Shown here: positions 1 through 10,105 of the stretch, piece after piece
Position numbering within the stretch: position 1 is the stretch's first letter
How the letters are laid out: each line of letters opens with the position of its first letter
From: Candidatus Hydrogenedentota bacterium
GTDB lineage: Bacteria > Hydrogenedentota > Hydrogenedentia > Hydrogenedentales > CAITNO01
Assembly: GCA_029776995.1 (NCBI GenBank)
Contig: JAKOTZ010000075.1
Coordinates: 2,225-66,224 of the forward strand
DNA: 64,000 nucleotides
Direction: 5' to 3'
Notes under the pieces: model-generated
Databases searched by the model: none
Seen by the model: the letters and a program-made list of their open reading frames with translations, nothing else
Told to the model about the DNA's origin: nothing
Position numbers and translations under genes: made by a program

Positions 1-181
1 AACGCCTCATGCGTTCGTCTTAATAATTGTATCATGACCGCCGAAATGCTGCAAGGCAACATGCCGGAAATGGCCCATCCGGATTCATCTAATAAAGAGC
101 CAAAACTGCTGTAATCCGGTATAACCAACAGCTAATCCGGTACCGGCCTGCAGTTGCTTCCGTATTCTTTTACCAAAACGG

Positions 182-3055
182 CTACCGGTTGAAATTCCGG
201 GATGGGCCAGTCCGTTTTTCCGGAGCCGGTGTGGAGGCTGGAACGGACGGCGGAGATTCAGCGGGTGGAGATACCGGCTGCAGTTGGATCTGCCGATTGA
301 CTCGGGCAGCGTCAGCCAGCCATTCCAGCAGCTCTATCCGGCGTTTGAGCAGGGGATCCGGGTTCCGCGAAAAGGTCACCATGGAGGTAAACAGTGCGGA
401 CAGGTTCGCCAACTGTCCGGCCCGATCAACCAGCAACCGGGGAACGCCTTCCAAAGCTTCTAACCGGCGCCGTTCCGCGGCAAACCGTACGAGCAGGTCA
501 TAGTCCTCGATACCATCCCGGAGTATTTCCCAGCGGATGGATGGAATGGGCCCATCCGTTCCGGGATATACCAGCAGGCCGTCACCGTTTACCGGGGTTG
601 CATCCACTACCGAATTAAAAGGATCATCCCCGTCCGGAACGTAATTGATACACCAATACTGGAGCCCCCGAATGCCGGCTGCCCAGGCCTGCCAGAACAG
701 AATCCGGTGTTCCACGGCCGTAAAATCGACAAATAAATTGGCGTAGGGCCGCGCGGGCAAATGGGAAAGATACCACCAGGTTTCCCGACCATCGGCAATA
801 CGCTGCAGAATGGCCCCGGCCGGCGGTGCGTCCATCATCTGGGTATGGACGCACCACCATGCCGCGTTATCCGGCAGAAAGGGTTCCAGGCCAATCGCGG
901 ATACCTGGGCGGGGATATCCGGCGCGACGGCATTCCACTGGTCCAGCGCCTGGCGGATCCGATCCCAGGCGGGCGGTTCGGGCTCATACGCAAACGGGCA
1001 GAATACCCGTCCCTGCAGCCCCTCCCGCCGCACAAACTCCTGCACCGCGCGCAACTGGTCAGGCGCGTCCGCGTACAGGGACGGCACCGCCAGCTGGGTC
1101 GCGCCGGCGGCCAGTATCTCTTTGGCCCGGGATGCGTAACGCTCCAGCGCTTCGCCAAGCCCGGGTCCGGGCGCGGGAAACGCCAGCGGCTCCCGCAGGG
1201 TCACGCGGTGGGCCAGCGCGTCCCGAACATAGGCGGACACCAGCGCGTCCGGATGCAGCGTACCGTTCCGTTTGCGTGATTCCCTGAGGGCAACCCCCTC
1301 AGAAAAACCGAAATCCGTTTTCAAGGCGGGGGTTACCGGCAGTTCCACCGGGTATACCCGCGCGATGACCAGCAGTTCCCGGTCTGGCTCATCCTGTCCC
1401 GTGAGCTTCCATACGCCGCGGTATTCGCCCTGCGGGAGTTCACGCCGGGCCTGTACCGTTACCCACAGCGTTGTGTTGCGGCCGCGTTCCGCCACCGCGG
1501 GCGGACCGGGCAGCAGCGGATCCGGCCAGCGGCCTGTGGGTCCCTCATAGTGCGAAGGAATACGTACCGGGACATAGCCAACGGTGTAGACAGCCACATC
1601 CCCGGGGAGGATCTGTTCCGTACCACCCTCACGGGTAAGCGGCGCGGTTTCGAGCGACGGTCGGATCCAGTCGCGCTGACCGGGAGAAAGGCAGAGCTGA
1701 AACGATTCCCGCTCACCCCGGGCCATATGAAGGGTTACGGTCGACCGAACCGGACCATCCGGCGAAAACCGGTCCTCAGCAAAAATTTTCTGCAGCGCCG
1801 GCAGGATCCACACGTCGTGCCCGTTGGAAAACGCCCGCTGCGCGGTATGGGTGGCCAGTTTGCGTTCCAGCAGATAGGGCGCATCCGTCCAGGCTTCCAT
1901 CAGCCGCCCTGACGGCGTCCCCACGTCAAAGCGGGCGTCTATGCCACCGTGGGGAGAGCCCGTGTCAGCTCCCAGGGGAAATGGACGGCCGTCCAGGTAA
2001 ATCCGGGCGAGAAAATCGTATGCGCCCTCGCCCGGCGCTTCCCAATCGTAGGTGCAGCGGATCAGTTTGTCCGGATTGGCGTCAAAGCGTTTTCGGGGCA
2101 GTTTCCACACCCGGCCGTTTTCCGCCACCACGCGGGCTTCGATTTCCGCGTTCCGGAGTTCCCGCGTCGCCGCGAGCAGCGCCACCAGCTGGCCGGACGC
2201 GTAATCCAGTTGCACGGCCAGTTCATCGGTAGCGAAATTCACGTGGGTAAGGCCCCGGACCATGGCCAGCCGATAAGTCGTGGACCAGGTGTCGCCGGGA
2301 CGCAGCATCAGGGGACACATTGAAGCCTGAAATCCGCGCTGCACCGATCTCTCATCCCATAGCACCAGAAACGCGTGCAGCTGATCCGCGTGAAAAACGG
2401 CGTAGAACGTCTCCCGGGCTTCCGGGTCCGTGGCGGCAATCCAGTTGCGCACCGCCAGGTGATAACCCGTCCGGTTCACCCGCGCGATGCCTCGGTCCGT
2501 GGCCAGGTCCATATGATCGCCGGGACGGGCGGCCGCGCCGGGCAGGACGTCAGCTCCCACCCATGGCGCCAACCACTGGGCTTCGCTGCCGGTGTTTTTT
2601 ACGGTCCACGTCACCCGCATTCCGGTCTCATCCGGAAAGGGCTTCATAACCCGGACCGCCTGCAGCCCGTCTATATTCGGGCCTTCGCACAGATAGGAAT
2701 ACCGCAGCACCGGCCGGCCGGAAGGGTCATCCACTGCTTCCAGCCTGGCGTCCACCTGCCGTGCGGGAACATACCGGCTTGGCGTTCCAAAGCCCTCGAT
2801 CAGCAACCCCTGCGCGCCGGTCATGTTGGAGGTTCCGTTTTTCAGCCGGAACCGGTCAATGCGTCCCCCTTCGTCGGCCAGCACGCGCAACTCCAGTCGG
2901 CTGCCGGATATTTCGGCGTCTTCTTCGATCACCGAAGCGGATGGAAGGGCGGATTCCTGCGCCGCGGCAACTCCTGCCAAAAGCAGCATGCCGGTCGCAG
3001 CCAGACTCCTTGCGTAAGGTATAACCTGACTCACAGGTCCTCGCCTTCTTTTCAT
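182..3055 (-). CDS. Secreted DUF4091-like putative glycoside hydrolase (possibly GH123-like), about 958 aa from the internal Met
   Basis: A signal-peptide-like N-terminus (MKRRRGPVSQVIPYARSLAATGMLLLAGVAAAQE) starts at an internal ATG at 3053-3055. That ATG overlaps the stop of the upstream MFS gene (ATGA), indicating translational coupling. The C-terminal block WWCVHTQMMD...RILFWQAWAAGIRGLQYWCINYV resembles the DUF4091 / GH123-like catalytic region. Family assignment is from memory of motifs, not a search. Confidence 0.4.
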   Translation of the reverse strand: MKRRRGPVSQVIPYARSLAATGMLLLAGVAAAQESALPSASVIEEDAEISGSRLELRVLADEGGRIDRFRLKNGTSNMTGAQGLLIEGFGTPSRYVPARQVDARLEAVDDPSGRPVLRYSYLCEGPNIDGLQAVRVMKPFPDETGMRVTWTVKNTGSEAQWLAPWVGADVLPGAAARPGDHMDLATDRGIARVNRTGYHLAVRNWIAATDPEARETFYAVFHADQLHAFLVLWDERSVQRGFQASMCPLMLRPGDTWSTTYRLAMVRGLTHVNFATDELAVQLDYASGQLVALLAATRELRNAEIEARVVAENGRVWKLPRKRFDANPDKLIRCTYDWEAPGEGAYDFLARIYLDGRPFPLGADTGSPHGGIDARFDVGTPSGRLMEAWTDAPYLLERKLATHTAQRAFSNGHDVWILPALQKIFAEDRFSPDGPVRSTVTLHMARGERESFQLCLSPGQRDWIRPSLETAPLTREGGTEQILPGDVAVYTVGYVPVRIPSHYEGPTGRWPDPLLPGPPAVAERGRNTTLWVTVQARRELPQGEYRGVWKLTGQDEPDRELLVIARVYPVELPVTPALKTDFGFSEGVALRESRKRNGTLHPDALVSAYVRDALAHRVTLREPLAFPAPGPGLGEALERYASRAKEILAAGATQLAVPSLYADAPDQLRAVQEFVRREGLQGRVFCPFAYEPEPPAWDRIRQALDQWNAVAPDIPAQVSAIGLEPFLPDNAAWWCVHTQMMDAPPAGAILQRIADGRETWWYLSHLPARPYANLFVDFTAVEHRILFWQAWAAGIRGLQYWCINYVPDGDDPFNSVVDATPVNGDGLLVYPGTDGPIPSIRWEILRDGIEDYDLLVRFAAERRRLEALEGVPRLLVDRAGQLANLSALFTSMVTFSRNPDPLLKRRIELLEWLADAARVNRQIQLQPVSPPAESPPSVPASTPAPEKRTGPSRNFNR

Positions 3056-4326
3056 AGCTGCTTCACAACCTCCGGACGCGTCACATCCCCTCCGACCACC
3101 CGTTTCAGCGCGCGCCGGGTAATCCATATCTGGACCGCCATACAGCATACCGTGAGGGGAACAGCGGCATCCAGCGCCGCGGTCATTCCGAGCCATTCCG
3201 CCAGCGCGCCGAATCCGAAACTGCCGATAAGCCCGCCCAGTCCCACTACCCCTTCGTTAATGGCGGATCGGCGGTGCTTATGCCGCGGATCCGCGATGCC
3301 ATAGTACACGCTGGAGAAAAAAGCCCCGCCGACAAAAGCCCCGCAGCATACGAACGTAACGGCCATAACCACCAGGCTTCCGGTGCGGATCAGCAGGGAC
3401 AACCCCGCCGCCGCGGCCAGCTCTAAACCGAGCAAAACCCATAACCGGTGTTTCCAGAAACGGGTCGCGCCAAAAAGCAGGAAACACGCGGAGGTGGCGC
3501 AGGACAGCAGGGAAAACATCACCGACAGCTCGGTGGCGGCCCCGCCCTGCAGCAGCGCCGGGACAGGAACGTCAAAAATCAGCCGGATGCCATCCGACTG
3601 AAAAAGGGTTTCAAAATGTTTTGGGTATACGTTGCGGAGCCCGCCTACCAGGACATTGGCCAGGCAAATCGCCATCCATGCCGCCACCAGATAGGCTTCG
3701 CTTAACGCGGCGTGCCGCGCGTCCGAATTCGGATCATCGGATGTATCGTCATCGGGCATGGCGCGCGAGCCGAAATAATCTTCTTCCCGGGGAATGGTCC
3801 ACAGCAGGGCCAGCGCCGCGAAAGATACCCCCAGCACCAGCAGAAATGCCAGGCGGAAGTCCAGGTCATACAGCGGTCCGGCTACCAGCGGGCTTACCGC
3901 GAAACCCGCGCTCCAGCAGATATTGAACCAGCCCAGCCTGCGCTGGCGGCGCGCCGGGTCGGGATCAGCGCCCAGCCAGGAATAGAACGCGGGCCACACC
4001 AGCGCCAGGGAACCGAATCCCGCCGCGCCCTGGGCGCCGCACAGCCAGGGGCTGCGGTTCCAGGCCAGCGCGGGAACCAGCGCCATAAACAGGATCATGC
4101 CGGTGTAGGCCCAGCGAAGCCCGTAGCGGGAACGCTGGACAAACCGCGAGGAAACCAGGCAGGTTAACGCGTACGCCGCCGCCTGCACGCCCCCGAATGC
4201 CCCGGACATGGCCGCTCCTCCGCCGAGCTGATTGTAAACATAAAAAGGCATAACTGTTATGGCGGCCATAATCGCGAAATCAAATAAAAAACCAACCAGA
4301 CACAGCCGGACAAATGGGGACATCAT
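3052..4326 (-). CDS. MFS transporter
   Basis: 424-aa polytopic hydrophobic protein with a 12-TM-like pattern typical of the major facilitator superfamily. It is co-directional with, and translationally coupled to, the downstream glycoside hydrolase. Confidence 0.6.
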   Translation of the reverse strand: MMSPFVRLCLVGFLFDFAIMAAITVMPFYVYNQLGGGAAMSGAFGGVQAAAYALTCLVSSRFVQRSRYGLRWAYTGMILFMALVPALAWNRSPWLCGAQGAAGFGSLALVWPAFYSWLGADPDPARRQRRLGWFNICWSAGFAVSPLVAGPLYDLDFRLAFLLVLGVSFAALALLWTIPREEDYFGSRAMPDDDTSDDPNSDARHAALSEAYLVAAWMAICLANVLVGGLRNVYPKHFETLFQSDGIRLIFDVPVPALLQGGAATELSVMFSLLSCATSACFLLFGATRFWKHRLWVLLGLELAAAAGLSLLIRTGSLVVMAVTFVCCGAFVGGAFFSSVYYGIADPRHKHRRSAINEGVVGLGGLIGSFGFGALAEWLGMTAALDAAVPLTVCCMAVQIWITRRALKRVVGGDVTRPEVVKQL

Positions 4327-4509
4327 GGGAGCGACCCTGACAGATTCCGTTTAAACGCGCGCTGAAGCAAAAGAGATTAACGCCGGATGCCTATTATTGC
4401 GTGATCTGTCCCGATATTGCAACACCGGCTGGCCAATGGCACTTAAACGGATATTACACCGTGCTGTTCAATACCCATTTTGCATCTCAAACACATGTAA
4501 TTTGATCTG

Positions 4510-4523
4510 CTGAATGCATTCAG
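4510..4523. promoter_or_regulatory. Perfect 14-bp palindrome CTGAATGCATTCAG about 47 bp upstream of glgC; candidate operator
   Basis: The perfect dyad was read directly from the sequence. It lies in the divergent MFS/glgC intergenic region. Confidence 0.3.
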
Positions 4524-4569
4524 GCAAAATAACATTGATTCCTGTCTAATGCTAAAAAGGAGGCGGCGC

Positions 4570-5883
4570 ATGCTGAGCAAGGTGATGGATCCTGATTTCC
4601 TGCGGAGCGTTGGCGGTATTGTCCTGGGGGGCGGAAGAGGTACCCGGTTGTATCCGCTGACCAAAGTCCGCGCCAAGCCCGCCGTGCCCCTCTGCGGCCG
4701 TTACCGGCTGGTGGATATTCCGCTCAGCAACTGCCTGCACTCCGGGATCAACCGCATTGTCGTGCTTACCCAGTTCAACAGCCATTCCCTCAACCGCCAC
4801 ATCAAAAATACCTACAAATTTGACGATTTCAGCGGCGGTTCCGTGGAAATCCTGGCCGCCGAGCAGACCAATGAGACCGGAGACTGGTTCCAGGGCACCG
4901 CGGACGCCGTCCGAAAGCACCTGACCCACATCTTTCAGCGGGGCCTGACCCATTTTGTCGTGTTATCGGGAGACCAGCTGTACCGCATGGACTACCGGCA
5001 TATGCTGGACACTCTGCTGCGCAAAGAAGCCGATCTGGTTGTTTCGGCCCTGCCGGTGACCCGCAAGGCCGCCGAAGCCTTCGGCATCATGCAGGTCAAC
5101 CGGGAAGGGCGGATCACCCGGTTTGTCGAAAAGCCGAAAGATCCCGCCGTGCTGGACAAGCTCGTTACGCCTCCCCGGGTTTTCCAGGATTTCAACCTCA
5201 CCGTCACGGAAGGGAAAGAGTACCTGGCGTCCATGGGCGTATACGCCTTCCGGGCGGAGGTGCTCAAAAGCCTGCTGGAAGACCATCCCGAGTGGGTGGA
5301 CTTTGGCAAAGAGCTAATCCCCGGCGCGCTGAGCCGGTTCCGCGTGTATGCCCACATGTTTGACGGGTTCTGGGAAGACATCGGAACCGTGCGCTCCTAT
5401 TTTGATGTCAGCATGGCCATGACCTCGCCCGACCCGCCTTTCGAGCTCCATGATCCGAAGCATATGATCTACACCCATGCCCGGATGCTGCCCGGCGTAA
5501 AAATTCAGCGCAGCCGCGTCGAAAACGCCATCATCTGCAGCGGTACCCGCATTGAAGACGCCGAAGTCCGGGACAGCATCATCGGGATCCGCAGCATTAT
5601 CCGAACCGGCGCGAAAATTCACCGGGCCATCGTGCTCGGCGCCGATTACTTTGAAGCTCCTGAGGAAGTCCCGCCGGGACAACCGCCTATCGGGGTCGGA
5701 CCCGGTTCCCGGATCAGCCAGGCCATCATCGACCATAACGCGCGCATCGGCGCGAACGTCGTTATCCGGGGGGATGACCGGCTCCGGGATGCCGACGGTG
5801 ACGGCTGGGCCATCCGGGACGGCATTGTGGTGGTCTTAAAAGACGCGGTTATCCCTGACGGCGCCAAAATCGGCGCGCGCTGA
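4570..5883 (+). CDS. glgC: Glucose-1-phosphate adenylyltransferase
   Basis: N-terminal motif GGIVLGGGRGTRLYPLTKVRAKPAVP...RLVDIPLSNCLHSGINRIVVLTQFNSHSLNRH is the canonical GlgC nucleotidyltransferase signature. A C-terminal left-handed beta-helix is present. An AGGAGG ribosome-binding site sits at 4556-4561, 8 nt upstream of the ATG at 4570. Confidence 0.85.
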   Translation: MLSKVMDPDFLRSVGGIVLGGGRGTRLYPLTKVRAKPAVPLCGRYRLVDIPLSNCLHSGINRIVVLTQFNSHSLNRHIKNTYKFDDFSGGSVEILAAEQTNETGDWFQGTADAVRKHLTHIFQRGLTHFVVLSGDQLYRMDYRHMLDTLLRKEADLVVSALPVTRKAAEAFGIMQVNREGRITRFVEKPKDPAVLDKLVTPPRVFQDFNLTVTEGKEYLASMGVYAFRAEVLKSLLEDHPEWVDFGKELIPGALSRFRVYAHMFDGFWEDIGTVRSYFDVSMAMTSPDPPFELHDPKHMIYTHARMLPGVKIQRSRVENAIICSGTRIEDAEVRDSIIGIRSIIRTGAKIHRAIVLGADYFEAPEEVPPGQPPIGVGPGSRISQAIIDHNARIGANVVIRGDDRLRDADGDGWAIRDGIVVVLKDAVIPDGAKIGAR

Positions 5884-5894
5884 CGGACCGGACT

Positions 5895-5979
5895 GGGCGA
5901 GTGGCGGAATTGGCAGACGCACCGGACTTAGGATCCGGCGCCGCAAGGCATGCGGGTTCGATTCCCGCCTCGCCCACCA
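5895..5979 (+). tRNA. tRNA-Leu (anticodon UAG), type II with a long variable arm
   Basis: The 7-bp acceptor stem GGGCGAG/CTCGCCC, the anticodon stem CCGGA/TCCGG with loop CTTAGGA (anticodon TAG), the long variable arm, the T-arm GCGGG-TTCGATT-CCCGC, discriminator A, and an encoded CCA were all folded by eye. Confidence 0.8.
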
Positions 5980-6224
5980 TCTTCCACCGCGCGTTGGGAG
6001 CAGCGTTCCTCCGATTCGGCTTTGCCCGCCGCATACGCCCCGACGGCATTTTATCCGTGCTGCCCGGAATTCGTCCCGCCCTTTTTGTCCTCCCACCAAA
6101 AAAAAAGGCGCCACGATGGGGATAACATCATGGCGACCTCTGAGGTAAGACCTGGAACCGCGCCTTGAACGTGTGAACGGTGGGATGAAGCCGTTCACCG
6201 GCGGGTTTCAGGGGTTTCAACTGG

Positions 6225-6261
6225 TGACTTCCGTGTCTTTTCTGCCTTGACCTCCGTGTCT
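6225..6261. promoter_or_regulatory. Direct repeat TGAC(T/C)TCCGTGTCT x2 with 23-bp period, upstream of the GH172 gene
   Basis: Two 14-nt copies start at 6225 and 6248, with one mismatch. They lie about 150 bp upstream of the start codon at 6415. Confidence 0.25.
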
Positions 6262-6414
6262 CGGCGTTCCGCTGATTCTTATCGGCAATACGAAAAAAAT
6301 ACTTTAGCGGAATTTTTTCGTTGGCCTTTGCGCATTGGGTTATCGATGTCTTGATCCGCGGTTCCACCTGCAAGTATGCTGAAAGCGTAAAAATATCGGC
6401 TTAAGGAGTCCGCT

Positions 6415-7941
6415 ATGACACACCCATCCCATTTCCGCCGTTTCACCCTAACCGTTACCGCCCTGTGGCTGGCTGTCTGCCTGAATGTGTCCGTTACTGC
6501 TCAGGCCGGAGATTCCGGAACCGCGCCGCTGGACCATCTGTTCACCCTGAAAGACGGGACATCGCAACGCGCGTCCTCCTGTGATCCTGACCTGAAAGGG
6601 GGAAACCGGGATTACTATTCGCTGAACGCGGGAGAAACCACGGTGGTGGCCGACCTGCAGGGTCCCGGCATCATTACCCATTTCTGGACCACGGTTGGAT
6701 ACTATGACTGGAACTATTCCCGGATTATCGTCGTCCGGATGTACTGGGACGGTGAGGAGACGCCTTCCGTTGAAGTGCCCCTGGGTGATTTTTTTGCGTC
6801 GGGGCATGCCATGGACGCCACGGTAAACTCCATGCCGATCACCGTCACTTCAGAGGGACGCGCCAGAAACTGCTGGTGGCCCATGCCATTCCGCAAGTCG
6901 GCGCGGATTACCCTTACCAATGAGGGGCAGGAAGATATGACAGGGGTCTATGCGCAGGTGGACTGGATCCGCGTCAAAAAACTGCCCAGGAATACGGCCT
7001 ATTTCCACGCCCAGTACCGGCAGCAGCGCCCGACGGAACCCGGCAAGAATTACGTAATCGCGGATATCGCCGGACGGGGACAGTATGTCGGCACCGTCCT
7101 GAGCGTACGACAGCTCACCGAGGGATGGTGGGGAGAGGGTGACGACTTCTGGTATATCGACGGATCCGCTGAACCGACCATCCGCGGCACCGGCGCCGAA
7201 GATTATTTCTGCGACGCGTGGGGACTGCGGCGGCAGCATACCCCCTTTTACGGCGCTTCCATCGTGGAATACGGCGGCAAATTCGCGCGCACTACGGCGT
7301 ACCGCTGGCATATTCCCGATCCGGTTACCTTCAAAAAATCCCTGCGGCTGGAAATCGAGGCGGCTGGATTCGGTTATGACGACCAGGGCAAACCAAGTGG
7401 TTTCAGGCCCCGTTCCGATGAGTACGCTTCGGTGGCATTCTGGTATCAGCAGGAGCCCCATAAGCCGTTTCCTCCGCTGCCGCCGGTTCGTGACCGGCTG
7501 GTGTATAACTCCCGCCGGATGATCGAGGCGGAAAAACTCCAGGATCAGGTTTCGGTGACCGGCGGAACGCTTTCCCTGGCCGAAGACTGGTGGCTGAATA
7601 AAGGCAAAGAACTGGTCTGGGCCGGCGTAACGCCCGGCGACAGCTTAACCGTAACCTTCGAAACCAAAACCGAAAATGCGGAACATCTGGCGCTGCTGCT
7701 GACTGAGGGACCGGACCGGGGACAGTTCCGGGTAGAGCTGGACGGCACCGCTCTGGAACCGGAACTGAATCTGTACGGCGATTCCCGTCGGATTCGAGAC
7801 TATTTCGCTGAACTTCCCGATCCAAAGCCGGGACAGCATACCCTGCGGTTCACGTGCACCGGAGCGCATAATAGAAGCGGCGGATGTTCGCTGGGATTTG
7901 ACGCGCTGCAGTTTGTTCCCGCCCATCAGGCCAATGAATAA
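6415..7941 (+). CDS. Secreted DUF2961 / GH172-family glycoside hydrolase
   Basis: Signal peptide present. The motif NCWWPMPF followed by a Gly-rich beta-sandwich is characteristic of DUF2961 (GH172). AAGGAG ribosome-binding site before the ATG. Confidence 0.6.
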   Translation: MTHPSHFRRFTLTVTALWLAVCLNVSVTAQAGDSGTAPLDHLFTLKDGTSQRASSCDPDLKGGNRDYYSLNAGETTVVADLQGPGIITHFWTTVGYYDWNYSRIIVVRMYWDGEETPSVEVPLGDFFASGHAMDATVNSMPITVTSEGRARNCWWPMPFRKSARITLTNEGQEDMTGVYAQVDWIRVKKLPRNTAYFHAQYRQQRPTEPGKNYVIADIAGRGQYVGTVLSVRQLTEGWWGEGDDFWYIDGSAEPTIRGTGAEDYFCDAWGLRRQHTPFYGASIVEYGGKFARTTAYRWHIPDPVTFKKSLRLEIEAAGFGYDDQGKPSGFRPRSDEYASVAFWYQQEPHKPFPPLPPVRDRLVYNSRRMIEAEKLQDQVSVTGGTLSLAEDWWLNKGKELVWAGVTPGDSLTVTFETKTENAEHLALLLTEGPDRGQFRVELDGTALEPELNLYGDSRRIRDYFAELPDPKPGQHTLRFTCTGAHNRSGGCSLGFDALQFVPAHQANE

Positions 7942-7986
7942 TTGGGCGAGCGAACGCCTGAGGCAAACCTAACAACTGGAGATCTC

Positions 7987-8958
7987 ATGACTTATCTGAA
8001 AACTGTCCGCCTGATGTTATGGGCGCTGCTGTGCTGGATTGCGCTGGCGGCTCCTGCCGCATTTGCTGACAGTCACCGGAACACCCGGCTTACGGTATCC
8101 CATCCGGACTCGATCCGGATCCTGCAGCTGACCGACCTCCATTACTTTTCCCGGGAACCCTCAACATGGGATGAATTCAATGCCCGCACCTCCCAACAGA
8201 TCCGCAAGCTGGTCGAGCTGACGAAGCCGGATCTGGTGGTTATCACCGGCGACGTGTGGTCTGAAAATGAAAACGGTTCGGGAGAGGACCAGCTGCGGTA
8301 CGCCCTCAGCCAATTCGCCGCGCTGGAGGTTCCCTGGGCGTTCACGTGGGGCAACCATGACCAGGTCACGGACCGGGCCCGGGCCGACGCCCTGCTGGAG
8401 AACGCCCCCGGATCTTTGTACCGGGGAAGAAATGCCGGAGGAAATTACACGCTGGACCTGGTTTCGCCCTCCGGACAGCTGCTTTGGCAGCTGCTGTTCA
8501 TAGATACCGGCAGAGAGGGCCTGATCGGAGAACGCCGCGACTGGCTACGGCAGCTGCCCCCGGCAGATGTGCCCCGGGTCGCCTTTTTTCATATCCCCCT
8601 TAAACAGTACGCGCAGATTTGGGAAGACGGCACCGCCAGCGGCATCTGGGGAGAACCGCCCTGCTTTGAGCGCGAGGATGGCGGCGCGCTGGCGGTTCTG
8701 CGGGCGGCGGGCGTAACCGCCTGCTTCTGCGGACACGATCACATGAACGATTATTCCGGCCGCGTCGAGGGCGTGGAACTGGTCTACGGTCGGGTAAGCC
8801 GCGCCGGCGGCTACGGCCGGGACACGTTTGACAAGGGCGGAAAACTGATCACCCTGAACAGCAGCCGCCGAACCTGCTCCTGGGTTTCGGTAACGCCTGA
8901 CGGAAAAACGTGGCGCCCGGAACCTGGGGAACGGCAGGTCATGACTGAAACCCATTGA
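7987..8958 (+). CDS. Secreted calcineurin-like metallophosphoesterase
   Basis: Motifs LQLTDLHY, ITGDVW, GNHD, FFHIPL and GHDHMNDY match the metallophosphoesterase metal-binding set. Signal peptide starts at the internal Met (MTYLKTV...). Confidence 0.7.
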   Translation: MTYLKTVRLMLWALLCWIALAAPAAFADSHRNTRLTVSHPDSIRILQLTDLHYFSREPSTWDEFNARTSQQIRKLVELTKPDLVVITGDVWSENENGSGEDQLRYALSQFAALEVPWAFTWGNHDQVTDRARADALLENAPGSLYRGRNAGGNYTLDLVSPSGQLLWQLLFIDTGREGLIGERRDWLRQLPPADVPRVAFFHIPLKQYAQIWEDGTASGIWGEPPCFEREDGGALAVLRAAGVTACFCGHDHMNDYSGRVEGVELVYGRVSRAGGYGRDTFDKGGKLITLNSSRRTCSWVSVTPDGKTWRPEPGERQVMTETH

Positions 8959-9025
8959 TACTGGGGCGCCGGGGTAGCATACGGCAGAACCGTCGGCTGA
9001 TAATGAGGGGTGGACCAGCATCGTT

Positions 9026-10105
9026 ATGCGGCTTGAAAAAATCGTCTGCGAACAGTTCCGCCGTCTGTCCCGGGTAGCCATGGAGCCCGCGCCCGGGATT
9101 AACGTGTTGTTTGGCGGCAACGCCCAGGGCAAAACTTCGCTTCTGGAAGCGGTGCTGTACGCGGCCACGGCCCGCAGTCACCGGGCGCTTTCCGACCGGG
9201 AACTGGTTCAGCACGGCGCGGAAGGGTTCTATGTTTCCATCACGGCCGCCGGCGCTGCGGGCCGGGTAACGGTGGACGCCCGATGGTGGCAGAACCAGAA
9301 GCGCTTCCGAATCAACGGCGCTGTGCCCGACCGGCTGAGCGACCTGCTGGGGCGGGTCCACGTGGTGCTGTTCGCGCCGGATGACCTGGAACTGATTAAA
9401 GGGGCCGCGTCAGCAAGGCGGCGTTTCCTGGATATCTGCCTGAGCCGGGTACACGGCGGATATCTCCGGGCCCTGCAGGCTTACCGGCAGGTCCTGCGTC
9501 AGCGCAACGCCCTGCTGAAACGGCCCCAGCCGGACAGTACCCTGCTGGAATCCTTCGACGTTATGCTGGCAGAATACGGCGCGACCATCGCCTGGGAACG
9601 AAACGGATGGATCGCCAGGCTGGACACTGCGGCTTCAGCGCTGTACCGGCAGCTTACGGATGGGCGTGAAACCCTACAGATCCGCTACGCTCCTGATATC
9701 CGCGATACGGGACAATACCTGGACATGCTGAAGCGATCCCGGGAGAACGACCTGAAATCCGGCGCGACTTGTCGGGGCCCCCATCGGGATGATATGCGTT
9801 TTCAGGTCGACGGACAGGCGCTGGAAATGTTCGGTTCCCAGGGGCAGCAGAAAAGCGCCGCGCTGGCCCTGCGGCTGGCTGAAGCCAACCTGACCCGCGA
9901 AGAATCCGGCGAAGAGCCCGTATTGCTCCTTGACGAGATTTTTTCCGACCTCGATGAACAGCGGACGGAGCTGGTTCTGGAAATCCTCCCCCAGAGCGCG
10001 CAGGCGCTGGTAACCACGGCCCGGCCGGTCGGGTCCCTCCCGGCCAGGCTGCGGAACGCGCGGCTGTTCCACGTCATTAACGGAGATATCATCACCCATG
10101 GATAA
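9026..10105 (+). CDS. recF: DNA replication and repair protein RecF
   Basis: Walker A motif GGNAQGKTSLLEAV, the characteristic RecF N-terminus MRLEKI..F, and a C-terminal Walker B / D-loop motif LLLDEIFSDLD. Confidence 0.85.
   Translation: MRLEKIVCEQFRRLSRVAMEPAPGINVLFGGNAQGKTSLLEAVLYAATARSHRALSDRELVQHGAEGFYVSITAAGAAGRVTVDARWWQNQKRFRINGAVPDRLSDLLGRVHVVLFAPDDLELIKGAASARRRFLDICLSRVHGGYLRALQAYRQVLRQRNALLKRPQPDSTLLESFDVMLAEYGATIAWERNGWIARLDTAASALYRQLTDGRETLQIRYAPDIRDTGQYLDMLKRSRENDLKSGATCRGPHRDDMRFQVDGQALEMFGSQGQQKSAALALRLAEANLTREESGEEPVLLLDEIFSDLDEQRTELVLEILPQSAQALVTTARPVGSLPARLRNARLFHVINGDIITHG

Noticed and set aside
5836-6198. Minus-strand 120-aa and 66-aa ORFs
   Set aside because: They overlap the tRNA-Leu gene and its flank, and are spurious.
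5980-6414. Possible integrase or genomic island next to tRNA-Leu
   Set aside because: There is no integrase or recombinase ORF, no att-like repeat of the tRNA 3' end, and no compositional shift.
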